64,000 nt of DNA from an uncultured Candidatus Saccharibacteria bacterium (lineage in GTDB: Bacteria; Patescibacteriota; Minisyncoccia; Phycocordibacterales; WO2-35-19): contig CAZVUY010000001.1 in assembly GCA_964630525.1 (NCBI GenBank), forward strand, positions 114,901-178,900, read 5' to 3'. Below the pieces are notes generated by a model. The model was not told the origin of the DNA. It made no database searches and saw only the letters and a program-made list of their open reading frames with translations. Within the stretch, counting starts at the first letter, position 1, and every line of letters begins with the position of its first letter. Shown one piece after another: positions 9,347-18,041 of this stretch. Position numbers and translations under genes: made by a program.

Positions 9347-9892
9347 ATGAGGCAACTTGATCCTAAAGCGGTTTGGTTATTTTTTCTCAGTTTTGTTTTA
9401 AGATGGGTATTCTTCGTGGCAATAATTGGGAGTCTTTGGGGAATATCGGTACTCCAAAACAGTCTTGTGGCTACCGGATACGATGAGGGTATGCCAGTTC
9501 CAATTAATTTTATCGGGTGGCTAATATCATTTACCCTGTTATTCTTTGTTATTTGCTTTATTTGGGCCAAACTTAGTTACAAATTTTACCGATATGAACT
9601 GACCGATCTTGGATTTAGAAAAGAATCTGGGGTAATTTATAAAAAATATGTGACAATACCTTACAATCGGATTCAGAACGTGGATATTTATAGAGGAATA
9701 CTGGCCCGACTTTTAGGGTTATCGGATCTCAACATTCAAACCGCTGGGTCAAGTGCTGTCATGGCTCAATATGGAGCTTACGGTATGGGTGCCGAAGGTA
9801 GACTCCCGGCCTTATCCAGAGAAGTGGCCGAGCAGTTGCGTGATGAGCTTATAAGGCGAGCATCAGAATCTCGAGGGAGTCAGGGATTATAA
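9347..9892 (+). CDS. Membrane protein with bacterial PH domain (bPH_2 / YdbS-YdbT-like)
   Basis: Two N-terminal TM helices are followed by the motif YRYELTDLGFRKESGVIYKKYVTIPYNRIQNVDIYRGILARLLGLSDL, typical of DUF304/bPH_2. Confidence 0.6.
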   Translation: MRQLDPKAVWLFFLSFVLRWVFFVAIIGSLWGISVLQNSLVATGYDEGMPVPINFIGWLISFTLLFFVICFIWAKLSYKFYRYELTDLGFRKESGVIYKKYVTIPYNRIQNVDIYRGILARLLGLSDLNIQTAGSSAVMAQYGAYGMGAEGRLPALSREVAEQLRDELIRRASESRGSQGL

Positions 9893-9996
9893 ACAAATTT
9901 CCCCGACTTCTAACTATCGCAGATCGGCGATTTTTGAGATCTCTCAATGTAAACAACTTTACTAGCCCACCAAATCGAGGGTGGTAGAATGGGGTT

Positions 9997-10755
9997 ATGA
10001 AAAATAAAAAAATTCTCACTTTTGGTATTATTTTAGTAATCATCGTCGCTATAATTATAAGTTTGGATTTTCCTTCAGAACCAAATCAACCTAACGAGTC
10101 CCAAGAAGAGGTAGCGGGTAAAGCGGGGGACAAAACAAACCCAACCGCCACAAATAAAGTTTCTACTCAGAGCAAAATTAACCAAACAGCACCCAGGGTG
10201 AGCTACCCTGAAATTGAATTCCTAGACAAGAGAACAGTCTTCAGTCTGAAAGATTTTCCAGGAGCCAAATTTACCATCGAAAAAGTGGTTTTCGGGAGAG
10301 GAAACTCGGTTATTTCTCCAGAATGCCAAGGGGTTCCAAATACCAATTTTACCACCTATCTCTACCCGGGTAGTCGAGCTTGCATAAAAGAATCTGCTGT
10401 AGACGGAAGTCCGGTGGGGATATTGGCCTTCCATCTCCTCGTAGAAAACAACAGCAATGTTGCTATCGGAGGTACAGATATTTTAAAACTTCACTATTTA
10501 AGGTCTGATCCTGCCGGATCACCTCAATTTAGATTTGCTACTCCACTCATAGATTTGCGTTCTTATTACATCAATGGATACTCTTCTAAAAATATTATTC
10601 TTTCTTATCTTGTCCCAGAAGATCAGTTAGTCTACAACCTAGTAGCCGGGTACAAGGAACCAAGTGTCGAGAATAGGACTTTGAACATCTATGACTTTTC
10701 GAAAAATGGCATCCTGATCGACTTTAAATCTAAAAACTTGACTGTTGTGAAGTGA
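9997..10755 (+). CDS. Hypothetical membrane-anchored/secreted protein
   Basis: The ORF has an N-terminal TM helix and no motif I recognise. A clean terminator follows it. Confidence 0.45.
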   Translation: MKNKKILTFGIILVIIVAIIISLDFPSEPNQPNESQEEVAGKAGDKTNPTATNKVSTQSKINQTAPRVSYPEIEFLDKRTVFSLKDFPGAKFTIEKVVFGRGNSVISPECQGVPNTNFTTYLYPGSRACIKESAVDGSPVGILAFHLLVENNSNVAIGGTDILKLHYLRSDPAGSPQFRFATPLIDLRSYYINGYSSKNIILSYLVPEDQLVYNLVAGYKEPSVENRTLNIYDFSKNGILIDFKSKNLTVVK

Positions 10756-10763
10756 TCCAAATC

Positions 10764-10788
10764 AAAACCCCCCTTACGGGGGATTTTG
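10764..10788 (+). terminator. Rho-independent terminator
   Basis: The sequence AAAACCCCCC-TTAC-GGGGG-ATTTTGAT lies right after the stop at 10755. Confidence 0.6.
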
Positions 10789-10843
10789 ATAAGTGAGAAC
10801 AAGATTTTTATATCCTGTTTTATTTAAAATAATAGCTTCGCTA

Positions 10844-11116
10844 TTATTTTACGGCATCCTTCAGGGCTTTTGAGGCTCTGAATTTTGGCACCCTCATGGC
10901 TGGTACACTGACTGAAGCACCAGTCCTTGGGTTCCTAGCGGTCCTCGCAGCTCTAGTTTTGGTAGAGAAGATGCCTAAGCCGGCAATCGAAACTTCACCA
11001 CCTTTTTTAAGAGCACCTACGATCTCACTTACAATAGTCTCAACCACTTCTTCGGCTTGCACCTTGGTACCACCAATCTTCTGGTGAACCACGTTGGCCA
11101 AATCTGCTTTATTCAT
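10844..11116 (-). CDS. hup: DNA-binding protein HU
   Basis: It is 90 aa and carries the HU/IHF signature ...GLGIFSTKTRAARTARNPRTGASVSVPAMRVPKFRASKALKDAV. Confidence 0.9.
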   Translation of the reverse strand: MNKADLANVVHQKIGGTKVQAEEVVETIVSEIVGALKKGGEVSIAGLGIFSTKTRAARTARNPRTGASVSVPAMRVPKFRASKALKDAVK

Positions 11117-11148
11117 TTTTTATAAAATTAAAAAGTTGTTAAATTCGA

Positions 11149-11184
11149 CCCGCCCGCAACGCTCTCGCTAGCGAGGCGGGCGGG
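11149..11184. repeat. GC-rich perfect hairpin element (CCCGCCCGC...GCGGGCGGG), copy 1
   Basis: It is 36 nt with a 9-bp GC stem and an inner CTCGCTAGCGAG palindrome. An exact reverse-complement copy lies at 22147-22182. A second hairpin (GACGGAC...GTCCGTC) follows at 11197-11223. Confidence 0.6.
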
Positions 11185-11296
11185 CCCTAGTTTTGCGACG
11201 GACAGTCTCGAGAGCCGTCCGTCAACCCTCCACAATCAAGTATATATTTAAGGAGTTTTTGGAGCAATATCTTGACCAAATAACAAAAAAATTTTG

Positions 11297-11641
11297 TTAT
11301 TTTACGTGAGAGATTATTTTTTTGATGATTTCTGGCTTATCAGCTGCAATTTCCGATAGCATCTTGCGATTCAAAACAACATTTTTCTTTTTGAGAGCCC
11401 CCATAAAAACACTGTAAGAAACTCCGCTCTGGTCGAGTAAAGCGTTTAAGCGCACATTCCAAATACGACGAAAGTCACCTTTCTTGTCTCGGCGGTGAGC
11501 AAAAGCGTAGCTACCGGCGTGAGAGATGGCTTCATACGCCTGGCGTTCCTTTTTTGAGCGTCCAAAACGATATCCTTTTACTTGTTTTAAAACATTCCTT
11601 CTGGTTTTGAGTGCATTGACTCCTTTTTTGACTCTGGTCAT
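11297..11641 (-). CDS. rplT: 50S ribosomal protein L20
   Basis: The full-length sequence matches L20 (MTRVKKGVNALKTRRNVLKQVKGYRFGRSK...). Confidence 0.95.
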   Translation of the reverse strand: MTRVKKGVNALKTRRNVLKQVKGYRFGRSKKERQAYEAISHAGSYAFAHRRDKKGDFRRIWNVRLNALLDQSGVSYSVFMGALKKKNVVLNRKMLSEIAADKPEIIKKIISHVK

Positions 11642-11656
11642 ATGTTTGTTGAAAAA

Positions 11657-11842
11657 TTAGAGATTGTTCAAGAAGCGGCCCCTTTCTTTATTAGACATAT
11701 CAATCAAAACTGATCGGCGTTTGCCGAGGGTAGTCCTGGTTCTGTTTTTTGCATTAAAATGGTTCTGGCCAATCTTGCGAGTTACCAATTTGCCATTTTT
11801 AGTGACTTTTATGCGTTTAGCGAAAGACTTGTTAGTTTTCAT
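11657..11842 (-). CDS. rpmI: 50S ribosomal protein L35
   Basis: The L35-like sequence is MKTNKSFAKRIKVTKNGKLVTRKIGQNHFNAKNR.... The track ORF extends 18 codons upstream via a TTG into the inserted repeat element. The ATG at 11842 abuts the element end. Confidence 0.8.
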   Translation of the reverse strand: MKTNKSFAKRIKVTKNGKLVTRKIGQNHFNAKNRTRTTLGKRRSVLIDMSNKERGRFLNNL

Positions 11843-11909
11843 CCCGTAGTAGATTTTGGCAATTTTTAAAAACGATTCCGTAGGAATTATTGCCAAAATT
11901 CACTACGGG
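11843..11909. repeat. ~67-bp miniature element with terminal inverted repeats (copy 2, inverted relative to copy 1), inserted between infC and rpmI
   Basis: The sequence cccgtagtagattttggc...gccaaaattcactacggg reverse-complements to about 85% identity with 309-379. In both copies the ...ACTACGGG end is followed directly by a gene ATG. Confidence 0.6.
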
Positions 11910-11923
11910 ATTCATGGGCTACT

Positions 11924-12439
11924 CTATTTTGCACGTTCTATTATAGATGTCAAGCCTTTAATGCTTTTTTTGGGCGCCTCGGCAATCCGGAAATCTTCAG
12001 ATATTAGCTTGAAAACTCGGTCGAGTCTTTCCTTCAAAAAAGCCTCATTCATATATTTGGTGCGGCCCGGTAGAAATAGGTCTATCTTGACCCTGTGACC
12101 CTCTTTTAGCCATTCCGACGCTTTCCTGGCCTTCAAGCCCAGATCGTGATCACCAGTACCAACCTTGATCTGTAAACTTTTGACTTCTACCGTCTTGCTT
12201 TTACTTTTGATTGACTTTTGTTTCTTATTTTCAGCATAGAGAAACTTGCCATAATCAACTATTTTAGCGATCGGGGGATTGGCGTTTGGAGATATTTCCA
12301 CCAGATCAAGACCAAATTCCATCGCCTTGTCCATCGCTTCCTTAAAGGGGGTAATACCGAAATTTTCTCCTTGCGGCCCGATCAAACGAACGTTTTCCGC
12401 CCTAATGAAGTTATTGATTCTGTGTTTTTCGTTGGCCAA
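11924..12439 (-). CDS. infC: Translation initiation factor IF-3
   Basis: It carries RINNFIRAENVRLIG and the ...DLVEISPNANPPIAKIVDYGKFLY... core. The start is non-ATG (TTG in the track), as is common for infC. Confidence 0.9.
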   Translation of the reverse strand: MANEKHRINNFIRAENVRLIGPQGENFGITPFKEAMDKAMEFGLDLVEISPNANPPIAKIVDYGKFLYAENKKQKSIKSKSKTVEVKSLQIKVGTGDHDLGLKARKASEWLKEGHRVKIDLFLPGRTKYMNEAFLKERLDRVFKLISEDFRIAEAPKKSIKGLTSIIERAK

Positions 12440-12515
12440 AAAAAGTTTCAGTTAAATTCTAAACAAGGGAAGCTTAGCATGTTTTTGAGTAATTGCCTAG
12501 ATGGTAGCCCGGCTA

Positions 12516-13499
12516 CTAAAAAGGGTTTTTGGCGCCACGAATCTCAAAGTGGAGATGTGGGCCTGTAGCTTTGCCGGTAGCCCCAATAAAGCCGATGATG
12601 TCTCCCTGTTTGACAGTATCGCCCACCGCAACAGCATTCTTACTATTGTGAGAATAGAGAGTTTGAGTACCGTTTGAGTGGCGGATAACCACATAATTGC
12701 CGTATCCACCATTCCAACCACCGCTTCTGCTTATGATCACCTCTCCATCAGCTGATGCATAGATCGGTGTACCGACCGGGGCTCCTATATCAACTCCGTT
12801 ATAGCCGTGAATACCTTGTGTTTTCTTACCACCAGCAACCGGCCTCATATAGTAGCCAGCATATTCTTTAAGACCACTCGATGAACTACCAGGGGGACGG
12901 GTCCCAGAACCAGAAGTGGATGAAGGGGCAGGCAAAACTTCACCGTCAGGAATAATGATCACCGAACCAACGGCCAGAGAATCCCCTTTATTTAGGTTAT
13001 TGTAAGCCAAGATTTCCTCCACATCTCCTTTGTATTTTTTGGCCAAAGAATTAACACTGTCACCCTTCTTGACGGTATGCTTAACCCCAGAAATAGGGAG
13101 GATGACCAACACCTCTCCCGCTTTTAAAGTATTGGAAGATAGATCGTTGCCCCATTTGATAGTGTTTACCGTCACATTGAACATCTCGGCTATCTGAGAA
13201 AGAGTATCGCCTTCCCGGACAACATAAACACTGATTTGATCGCTAGTCGCTTTATGAGCTATCGCCTCAGAAACAAGTCCGGCTGGTCCGGTTTCTGAGA
13301 CAAGGGCGTTGTGTTCAACCGTCGGTATGTGCTGACCAGAACCATTACTAAAAGGGGCGGCGCTCGCAACCAGTAAATTCATCTTGTGAATACTTTCCTG
13401 GTTTAACAAAATTTCATCACTTGTACCTTTAAAAATGCTGCTCAGGAAATTACCAACTGGACCAGCATAAACAGATATTGGCAACAGGAGTACAGCCAA
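12516..13499 (-). CDS. LysM-domain M23 family peptidoglycan endopeptidase
   Basis: Two LysM repeats (GDTLSQIAEMFNV...; VKKGDSVNSLAKKY...) are present. The C-terminal M23 domain reads HGYNGVDIGAPVGTPIYASADGEV...HSNGTQTLYSH...GATGKATGPHLHFEIR. Confidence 0.85.
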   Translation of the reverse strand: MAVLLLPISVYAGPVGNFLSSIFKGTSDEILLNQESIHKMNLLVASAAPFSNGSGQHIPTVEHNALVSETGPAGLVSEAIAHKATSDQISVYVVREGDTLSQIAEMFNVTVNTIKWGNDLSSNTLKAGEVLVILPISGVKHTVKKGDSVNSLAKKYKGDVEEILAYNNLNKGDSLAVGSVIIIPDGEVLPAPSSTSGSGTRPPGSSSSGLKEYAGYYMRPVAGGKKTQGIHGYNGVDIGAPVGTPIYASADGEVIISRSGGWNGGYGNYVVIRHSNGTQTLYSHNSKNAVAVGDTVKQGDIIGFIGATGKATGPHLHFEIRGAKNPF

Positions 13500-13783
13500 C
13501 AGAACAGCTACCTTCCTGGTACTGAAAAGTTTTATTAGCTTATTATTTCGCCTGATTTTTGTTGGAAAATAACGTTTTTTCGAATCAGGGTCATTAAGAG
13601 AGGTTAAAATAGCCTTTGGATTAATGATAATTCGGCTTTTTCTGTAAAAAATGGCTTAACTGAGCCATTTGGTGGAAATGCGGAAAAATCAAACCACGAG
13701 TCAAATTTTAACAAACAGAGCTAAGAGGTCAACCTTGCTTTCCCCAACGATCTTTACTCTAAATTTTCTGGTAAGATAGACGG

Positions 13784-15724
13784 GTGGAAATATTTAATTC
13801 ACTCAATGGGGCCCAAAAAGGGGCAGTTCTAAAAACCGATGGGCCAGTATTGGTGCTTGCCGGGGCGGGGGCCGGTAAAACCAAGACTGTTACTTATCGG
13901 ATTTTAAATTTAGTTCACCAAGGGGTCGCCCCAGAATCGATCCTGGCCGTTACCTTTACCAACAAAGCGGCCAAGGAAATGAAGGAGCGAGTGCTAAAAC
14001 TATTTTCCGAAACAAAGGAGCTTAACAGACCCATTTCGCCAGACACTCTACCTTTTGTTGCCACCTTCCATTCTCTTGGTGCTTATATCATCAAGGAAAA
14101 TTTGGACAAAGTGGGTTTAAAAAAACATTTTAGTATCTACGACCGAGAAGATTCCAAAAAAGCGATCAAGGAAGCTTTGGAAAAAAATAGCTTCAATCCA
14201 AAAGAGTTCGATCCAAACAAAATACTCTCGATCATCTCCAGAGAAAAAGGAGCCTTCGTTGGAGTAGATGAATACCTAGAAAGGGGGGCGGATAGTTTCT
14301 TTGGTGAAGTGGTAGGTAAGGTTTGGCAAGAGTATGAGACGATCCTACGCCATGAAAACGCCTTGGATTTCGATGATCTATTGCTAGTCACCGGTAAATT
14401 GCTGCAACAAGAAGAGGTTCGAAAAAAGTACAGCGAGAGGTGGCGGTATGTCCATATAGACGAATACCAAGACACCAACAAAGTACAGTATGCGATCACC
14501 GCAGCGATCGTCCAAGATCACCACAATATTTGCGCGGTCGGCGATATCGACCAAAATATTTATAGCTGGCGAGGGGCCAATATTCGCAACATTATGAATT
14601 TTGAGCGCGATTTTCCGGGCGCCGAACTGATCGTACTCGAGGAAAATTATCGGTCCACCAAAACCATTTTGGCAGTAGCCAACAAGGCTATCGAGAAAAA
14701 TAAATACCGTCGCGAAAAAACTTTGGTTACCAAAAACGGTGCCGGCGAAAACGTAAGTGTGTTTGAAGCACTGACCGAGGAACACGAGGCTCAATTTGTC
14801 GTAGAAAAAATAAAAGAATTGAGAAACCAGGGAATTCCCCTTGGGGAAATAGCGGTGCTTTATCGAGCCAACTTCCAATCTCGAGTATTGGAGGAACAGT
14901 TCTTAAAAAAAGAAGTTCCTTACCAAATACTTGGCACCAGATTTTTCGATCGCAAGGAAATCAAAGATATTTTGGCTTTTATGCGGCTTTCGCTCAACAG
15001 AGAGAGTATTGCTGATTTGAAAAGAGTGATCAACGTACCACCGAGAGGTATCGGCAAAACCACCTTGCTTAAAATAGTAGAGGGTAAGGAAGCTTTGCTG
15101 CCTGCTAGCATGAGAATAAGGATAGCTTCTTTTCGAAACCTGTTGGAGCGCATCAAAAATTTTGGTTTGCACAATCCACCATCAAAAACAGTTTTTTTCG
15201 TAGCCGAAGAAGTTGGTCTCAACCAAAACTTGGAAAAAACCGAAGAGGGAGTGGAGCGAATCGAAAACATCAAGGAGTTGGGAGCACTCGCTTCGATGTA
15301 CGACCATTTGCCCCCAGAAGAGGGTTTGGGTAAATTGCTTGAAGATACTTCTTTGGTTTCTGATCAGGATAGTGATCAAAAAGAAAAAGACGGGGTAAGG
15401 CTGATGACGGTCCATGCCAGCAAAGGATTGGAATTTGCCTATGTTTTCGTGACCGGCCTTGAAGAAGGGCTCTTCCCTCACAACAAAGATGGGGCTAACC
15501 TGAGTGAGGATGAGGCCGAGGAGGAGAGGCGGCTCTTCTATGTTGCCGTCACCAGAGCCAAGAAAAAACTTTTCCTCACTTACGCCCAGACTCGCACCAT
15601 TTTCGGCAGCCGAGGAGTGAATATCCCATCCGAATTTGTACTTGAGTTGCCAGATGAATACATCGATAAAGAATTCTTAGACTACACCCCAAAAAGAAAG
15701 CCGCTTCTGCATATTGAATTTTAA
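13784..15724 (+). CDS. pcrA: UvrD/PcrA-type ATP-dependent DNA helicase
   Basis: The Walker A AGAGAGKTKTVTYR, TFTNKAAKEMKERV, DEYQDTN and the UvrD C-terminal motifs VTRAKKKLFLTYA are present. Confidence 0.9.
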   Translation: MEIFNSLNGAQKGAVLKTDGPVLVLAGAGAGKTKTVTYRILNLVHQGVAPESILAVTFTNKAAKEMKERVLKLFSETKELNRPISPDTLPFVATFHSLGAYIIKENLDKVGLKKHFSIYDREDSKKAIKEALEKNSFNPKEFDPNKILSIISREKGAFVGVDEYLERGADSFFGEVVGKVWQEYETILRHENALDFDDLLLVTGKLLQQEEVRKKYSERWRYVHIDEYQDTNKVQYAITAAIVQDHHNICAVGDIDQNIYSWRGANIRNIMNFERDFPGAELIVLEENYRSTKTILAVANKAIEKNKYRREKTLVTKNGAGENVSVFEALTEEHEAQFVVEKIKELRNQGIPLGEIAVLYRANFQSRVLEEQFLKKEVPYQILGTRFFDRKEIKDILAFMRLSLNRESIADLKRVINVPPRGIGKTTLLKIVEGKEALLPASMRIRIASFRNLLERIKNFGLHNPPSKTVFFVAEEVGLNQNLEKTEEGVERIENIKELGALASMYDHLPPEEGLGKLLEDTSLVSDQDSDQKEKDGVRLMTVHASKGLEFAYVFVTGLEEGLFPHNKDGANLSEDEAEEERRLFYVAVTRAKKKLFLTYAQTRTIFGSRGVNIPSEFVLELPDEYIDKEFLDYTPKRKPLLHIEF

Positions 15725-15738
15725 TATACGAAAATTTT

Positions 15739-16743
15739 ATGAAAAATAAAAAGACCTCACCCCAAAGAAAACTAGGTCCCAAAAAATCATTGGGGCAAAA
15801 TTTTTTGAGAGATCCGAAAATTTTGAAAAAAATAGTTGATTTCGCTCAAATCGAAAAAGGTGACACTGTGGTAGAGGTTGGACCAGGCGAAGGAGGCTTG
15901 ACGGAAGAGTTGTTAAAACAAGCAAAAAAAGTAATCGCGATCGAAAAAGATGAGGAGCTAGCAAAAAAGCTGGAAGATAAATTTCGGGATCAAATTCTAA
16001 ACTCAAGACTGAAGATTTTGGTGGGAGATATATTGGAGCTGAGAGCTGAGAGCTTAGAGCTTGAAGGAAGAAATCAGAAAAACAAAAACTCTGAGCTCTT
16101 AGCTCCAAGCTATAAGCTTGTCGGCAATATTCCGTACTACATTACCGGCGCTTTGTTTAAAAAATTTTTGGAAACAGAGCAACAACCAAAATCGATCACC
16201 TTTGTTGTCCAAAAAGAAGTGGCGGAGAGGATAGTGGCCCGAAACCCCAACTCCGCTAAAGCTTCGCGGGGCAAGCAAAAGGAAAGTATTTTGAGTATAT
16301 CGGTCAAGGTATATGGGGAACCAAAATTTGGCGGAGTCATCAAGGCTGGTAGCTTCTTTCCTAAACCAAAAGTTGATTCGGCTATTTTAAGTATTAGGAA
16401 TATCAGCAAAGAAAGATTCAATGATCTAATCCCCCCAACCCCCTTTACTTTAAAGGGGGAGGAGGCTCGAATAGAAAATAATTTTTTTGAAGAAATAACT
16501 CCCCCAACCACTCTTACAACAAGAGGGGAGTTGGAAAATAAATTTTTTGAAATATTAAAGACTGGCTTTGCTCACAAAAGAAAGCTGCTACTCCGCAACC
16601 TCCTCGACGCAAAAGTGTCAAAGGGCACCTTTGACACTTTTGCGATTAAAGAGGTTTTTGGAGTTTGTGGGCTGGATGAGAAAGCGCGGGCTGAAGATTT
16701 GAGAGTGGAAGACTGGCTAGCGCTTACACAAAAACTGGCCTAA
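15739..16743 (+). CDS. rsmA: 16S rRNA adenine dimethyltransferase RsmA/KsgA carrying two in-frame insertions
   Basis: It has LGQNFLRDPKIL...VVEVGPGEGGLTEEL and NIPYYIT. It is about 334 aa against about 260-290 typical. The first insert is the palindromic AGCT element at 16035-16119. The second is a ~65-bp x2 tandem duplication at 16431-16560. Confidence 0.85.
   Translation: MKNKKTSPQRKLGPKKSLGQNFLRDPKILKKIVDFAQIEKGDTVVEVGPGEGGLTEELLKQAKKVIAIEKDEELAKKLEDKFRDQILNSRLKILVGDILELRAESLELEGRNQKNKNSELLAPSYKLVGNIPYYITGALFKKFLETEQQPKSITFVVQKEVAERIVARNPNSAKASRGKQKESILSISVKVYGEPKFGGVIKAGSFFPKPKVDSAILSIRNISKERFNDLIPPTPFTLKGEEARIENNFFEEITPPTTLTTRGELENKFFEILKTGFAHKRKLLLRNLLDAKVSKGTFDTFAIKEVFGVCGLDEKARAEDLRVEDWLALTQKLA
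16035..16119. repeat. AGCT-rich palindromic miniature element inside the rsmA reading frame
   Basis: The left arm is ggagctgagagctgagagcttagagcttgaagg, an A-rich loop follows, and the right arm is ctctgagctcttagctccaagctataagctt. The same family occurs at 22327-22420, 22831/23247, 23857-23925, 53065-53115 and 55205-55280. Confidence 0.65.
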
Positions 16744-16833
16744 TTATTCTAATTTACCTAAACAATCTCAAAACCGAGTCTTGATTTAGAATAATTAGAG
16801 TACTTGAAATCATTCCTGTGTTACAATTAGATT

Positions 16834-17151
16834 ATGGTTTTAAGATTTTCATCTGTTTTGTTTCTGGTATTCGTTGTTAGCCTGTTTTTCTACCAGAAAA
16901 GTTACGCATTTATTGGTTTTGGTGGCAACATTATTGCTGTTACTCCTTGTAGCGTTGGAGTATTGTTAGTTGTTGGTCCTCCACGAGGGGGAGTTTTTTT
17001 GTTGCCACCAGGAGCAAAAATTTATCCGTTCTTTAGTATAAAACCTGGATCTTGGGTTTTGGGTGCCTATGCCCCAGTTGGAACTTGTGTTGTGGGCTTT
17101 ATTCCCGTACCGGTACAAGGGACCATTCTCATGCTTGGAACTTCTGGGTAG
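16834..17151 (+). CDS. Hypothetical small secreted Gly/Pro/Val-rich protein (first gene of co-directional secretion-like cluster)
   Basis: It has an N-terminal signal-like hydrophobic segment and no motif I recognise. Confidence 0.35.
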   Translation: MVLRFSSVLFLVFVVSLFFYQKSYAFIGFGGNIIAVTPCSVGVLLVVGPPRGGVFLLPPGAKIYPFFSIKPGSWVLGAYAPVGTCVVGFIPVPVQGTILMLGTSG

Positions 17152-17192
17152 TAACCTTGGTTATTAAGACAAATTGTTGATATAATTTTGGT

Positions 17193-18032
17193 ATGGTTTT
17201 GCCTAGCCGAAAAGTTTTGAGTTTGATGGTGCTCACCATCGCTTTGGTCGCTTCGATCATTATTGTTTTTGGTAAAGAAAAATCCGGCCAAGCGATCAAT
17301 TTTGCCAACAACTTAGTGGCAGGGGAGAAGTTTAATATCCCAGAAAATGACGGCTGGCAAACAGAGGTCAACCAAGTAGCCAAGCCAATCGACGTCCCCG
17401 AGCTTGAAGCTGAAGAGCAGACGGTCACTGATACCGTCTCCACCACCATCCTCTCCAACTACCTGGCTCTAAAACAAAATGACGCTCTCACCCAGGAGTC
17501 GGCACAAGAACTTATCGATCAGGCATCTGATTATATAAAACAAAACACCCCAACCAAGACACAGTTGGCAGATTTGAAAATAGTGGAAAGCAGTAAAGAG
17601 TCTATAGCCACCTATGGAGAAACCCTCGGTGAAATATTAAGAAGGAACAAACCAAAAAATTTTATAGACGAGATCTCAGTCATAGAAAAAATTGTTGGTG
17701 GGACAAACAACAAATCTATAAATAACGAACTTGAGATAGTGATAAAAAATTACCAGTCACTGGCAACAGAAATAAAAAAAATGCCAGTTCCTAAAATACT
17801 TGCCAAAACAAATCTGGAAATGATCAGTGGCCTAGAGGGAATAACCTATGGTCTTGAAGAAATAAAGAAAATCTCAAATGACCCTTTGCTAGGATTGGAG
17901 GGAATAAAGGTCTATAAGTTGGGAGGAAACTTGTTTATACAAGCACTCAAAACGGCAACCGAATTTATAAAACAAAGTAATATTGACTATAAACAGGGTA
18001 GTGGTGGTTATTACCTTTTTTACGGCATATAA
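17193..18032 (+). CDS. Hypothetical bitopic membrane protein (N-terminal TM, helical ectodomain)
   Basis: It has the TM segment LSLMVLTIALVASIIIVF. Its topology is compatible with a VirB8/VirB10-like accessory protein, but no motif supports that. Confidence 0.4.
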   Translation: MVLPSRKVLSLMVLTIALVASIIIVFGKEKSGQAINFANNLVAGEKFNIPENDGWQTEVNQVAKPIDVPELEAEEQTVTDTVSTTILSNYLALKQNDALTQESAQELIDQASDYIKQNTPTKTQLADLKIVESSKESIATYGETLGEILRRNKPKNFIDEISVIEKIVGGTNNKSINNELEIVIKNYQSLATEIKKMPVPKILAKTNLEMISGLEGITYGLEEIKKISNDPLLGLEGIKVYKLGGNLFIQALKTATEFIKQSNIDYKQGSGGYYLFYGI

Positions 18033-18041
18033 TTAAATAAA

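Noticed and set aside
12218-12568. 116-aa + ORF antisense to infC and the M23 peptidase gene ends
   Set aside because: It spans two well-supported minus-strand genes and their intergenic region, so it is spurious.
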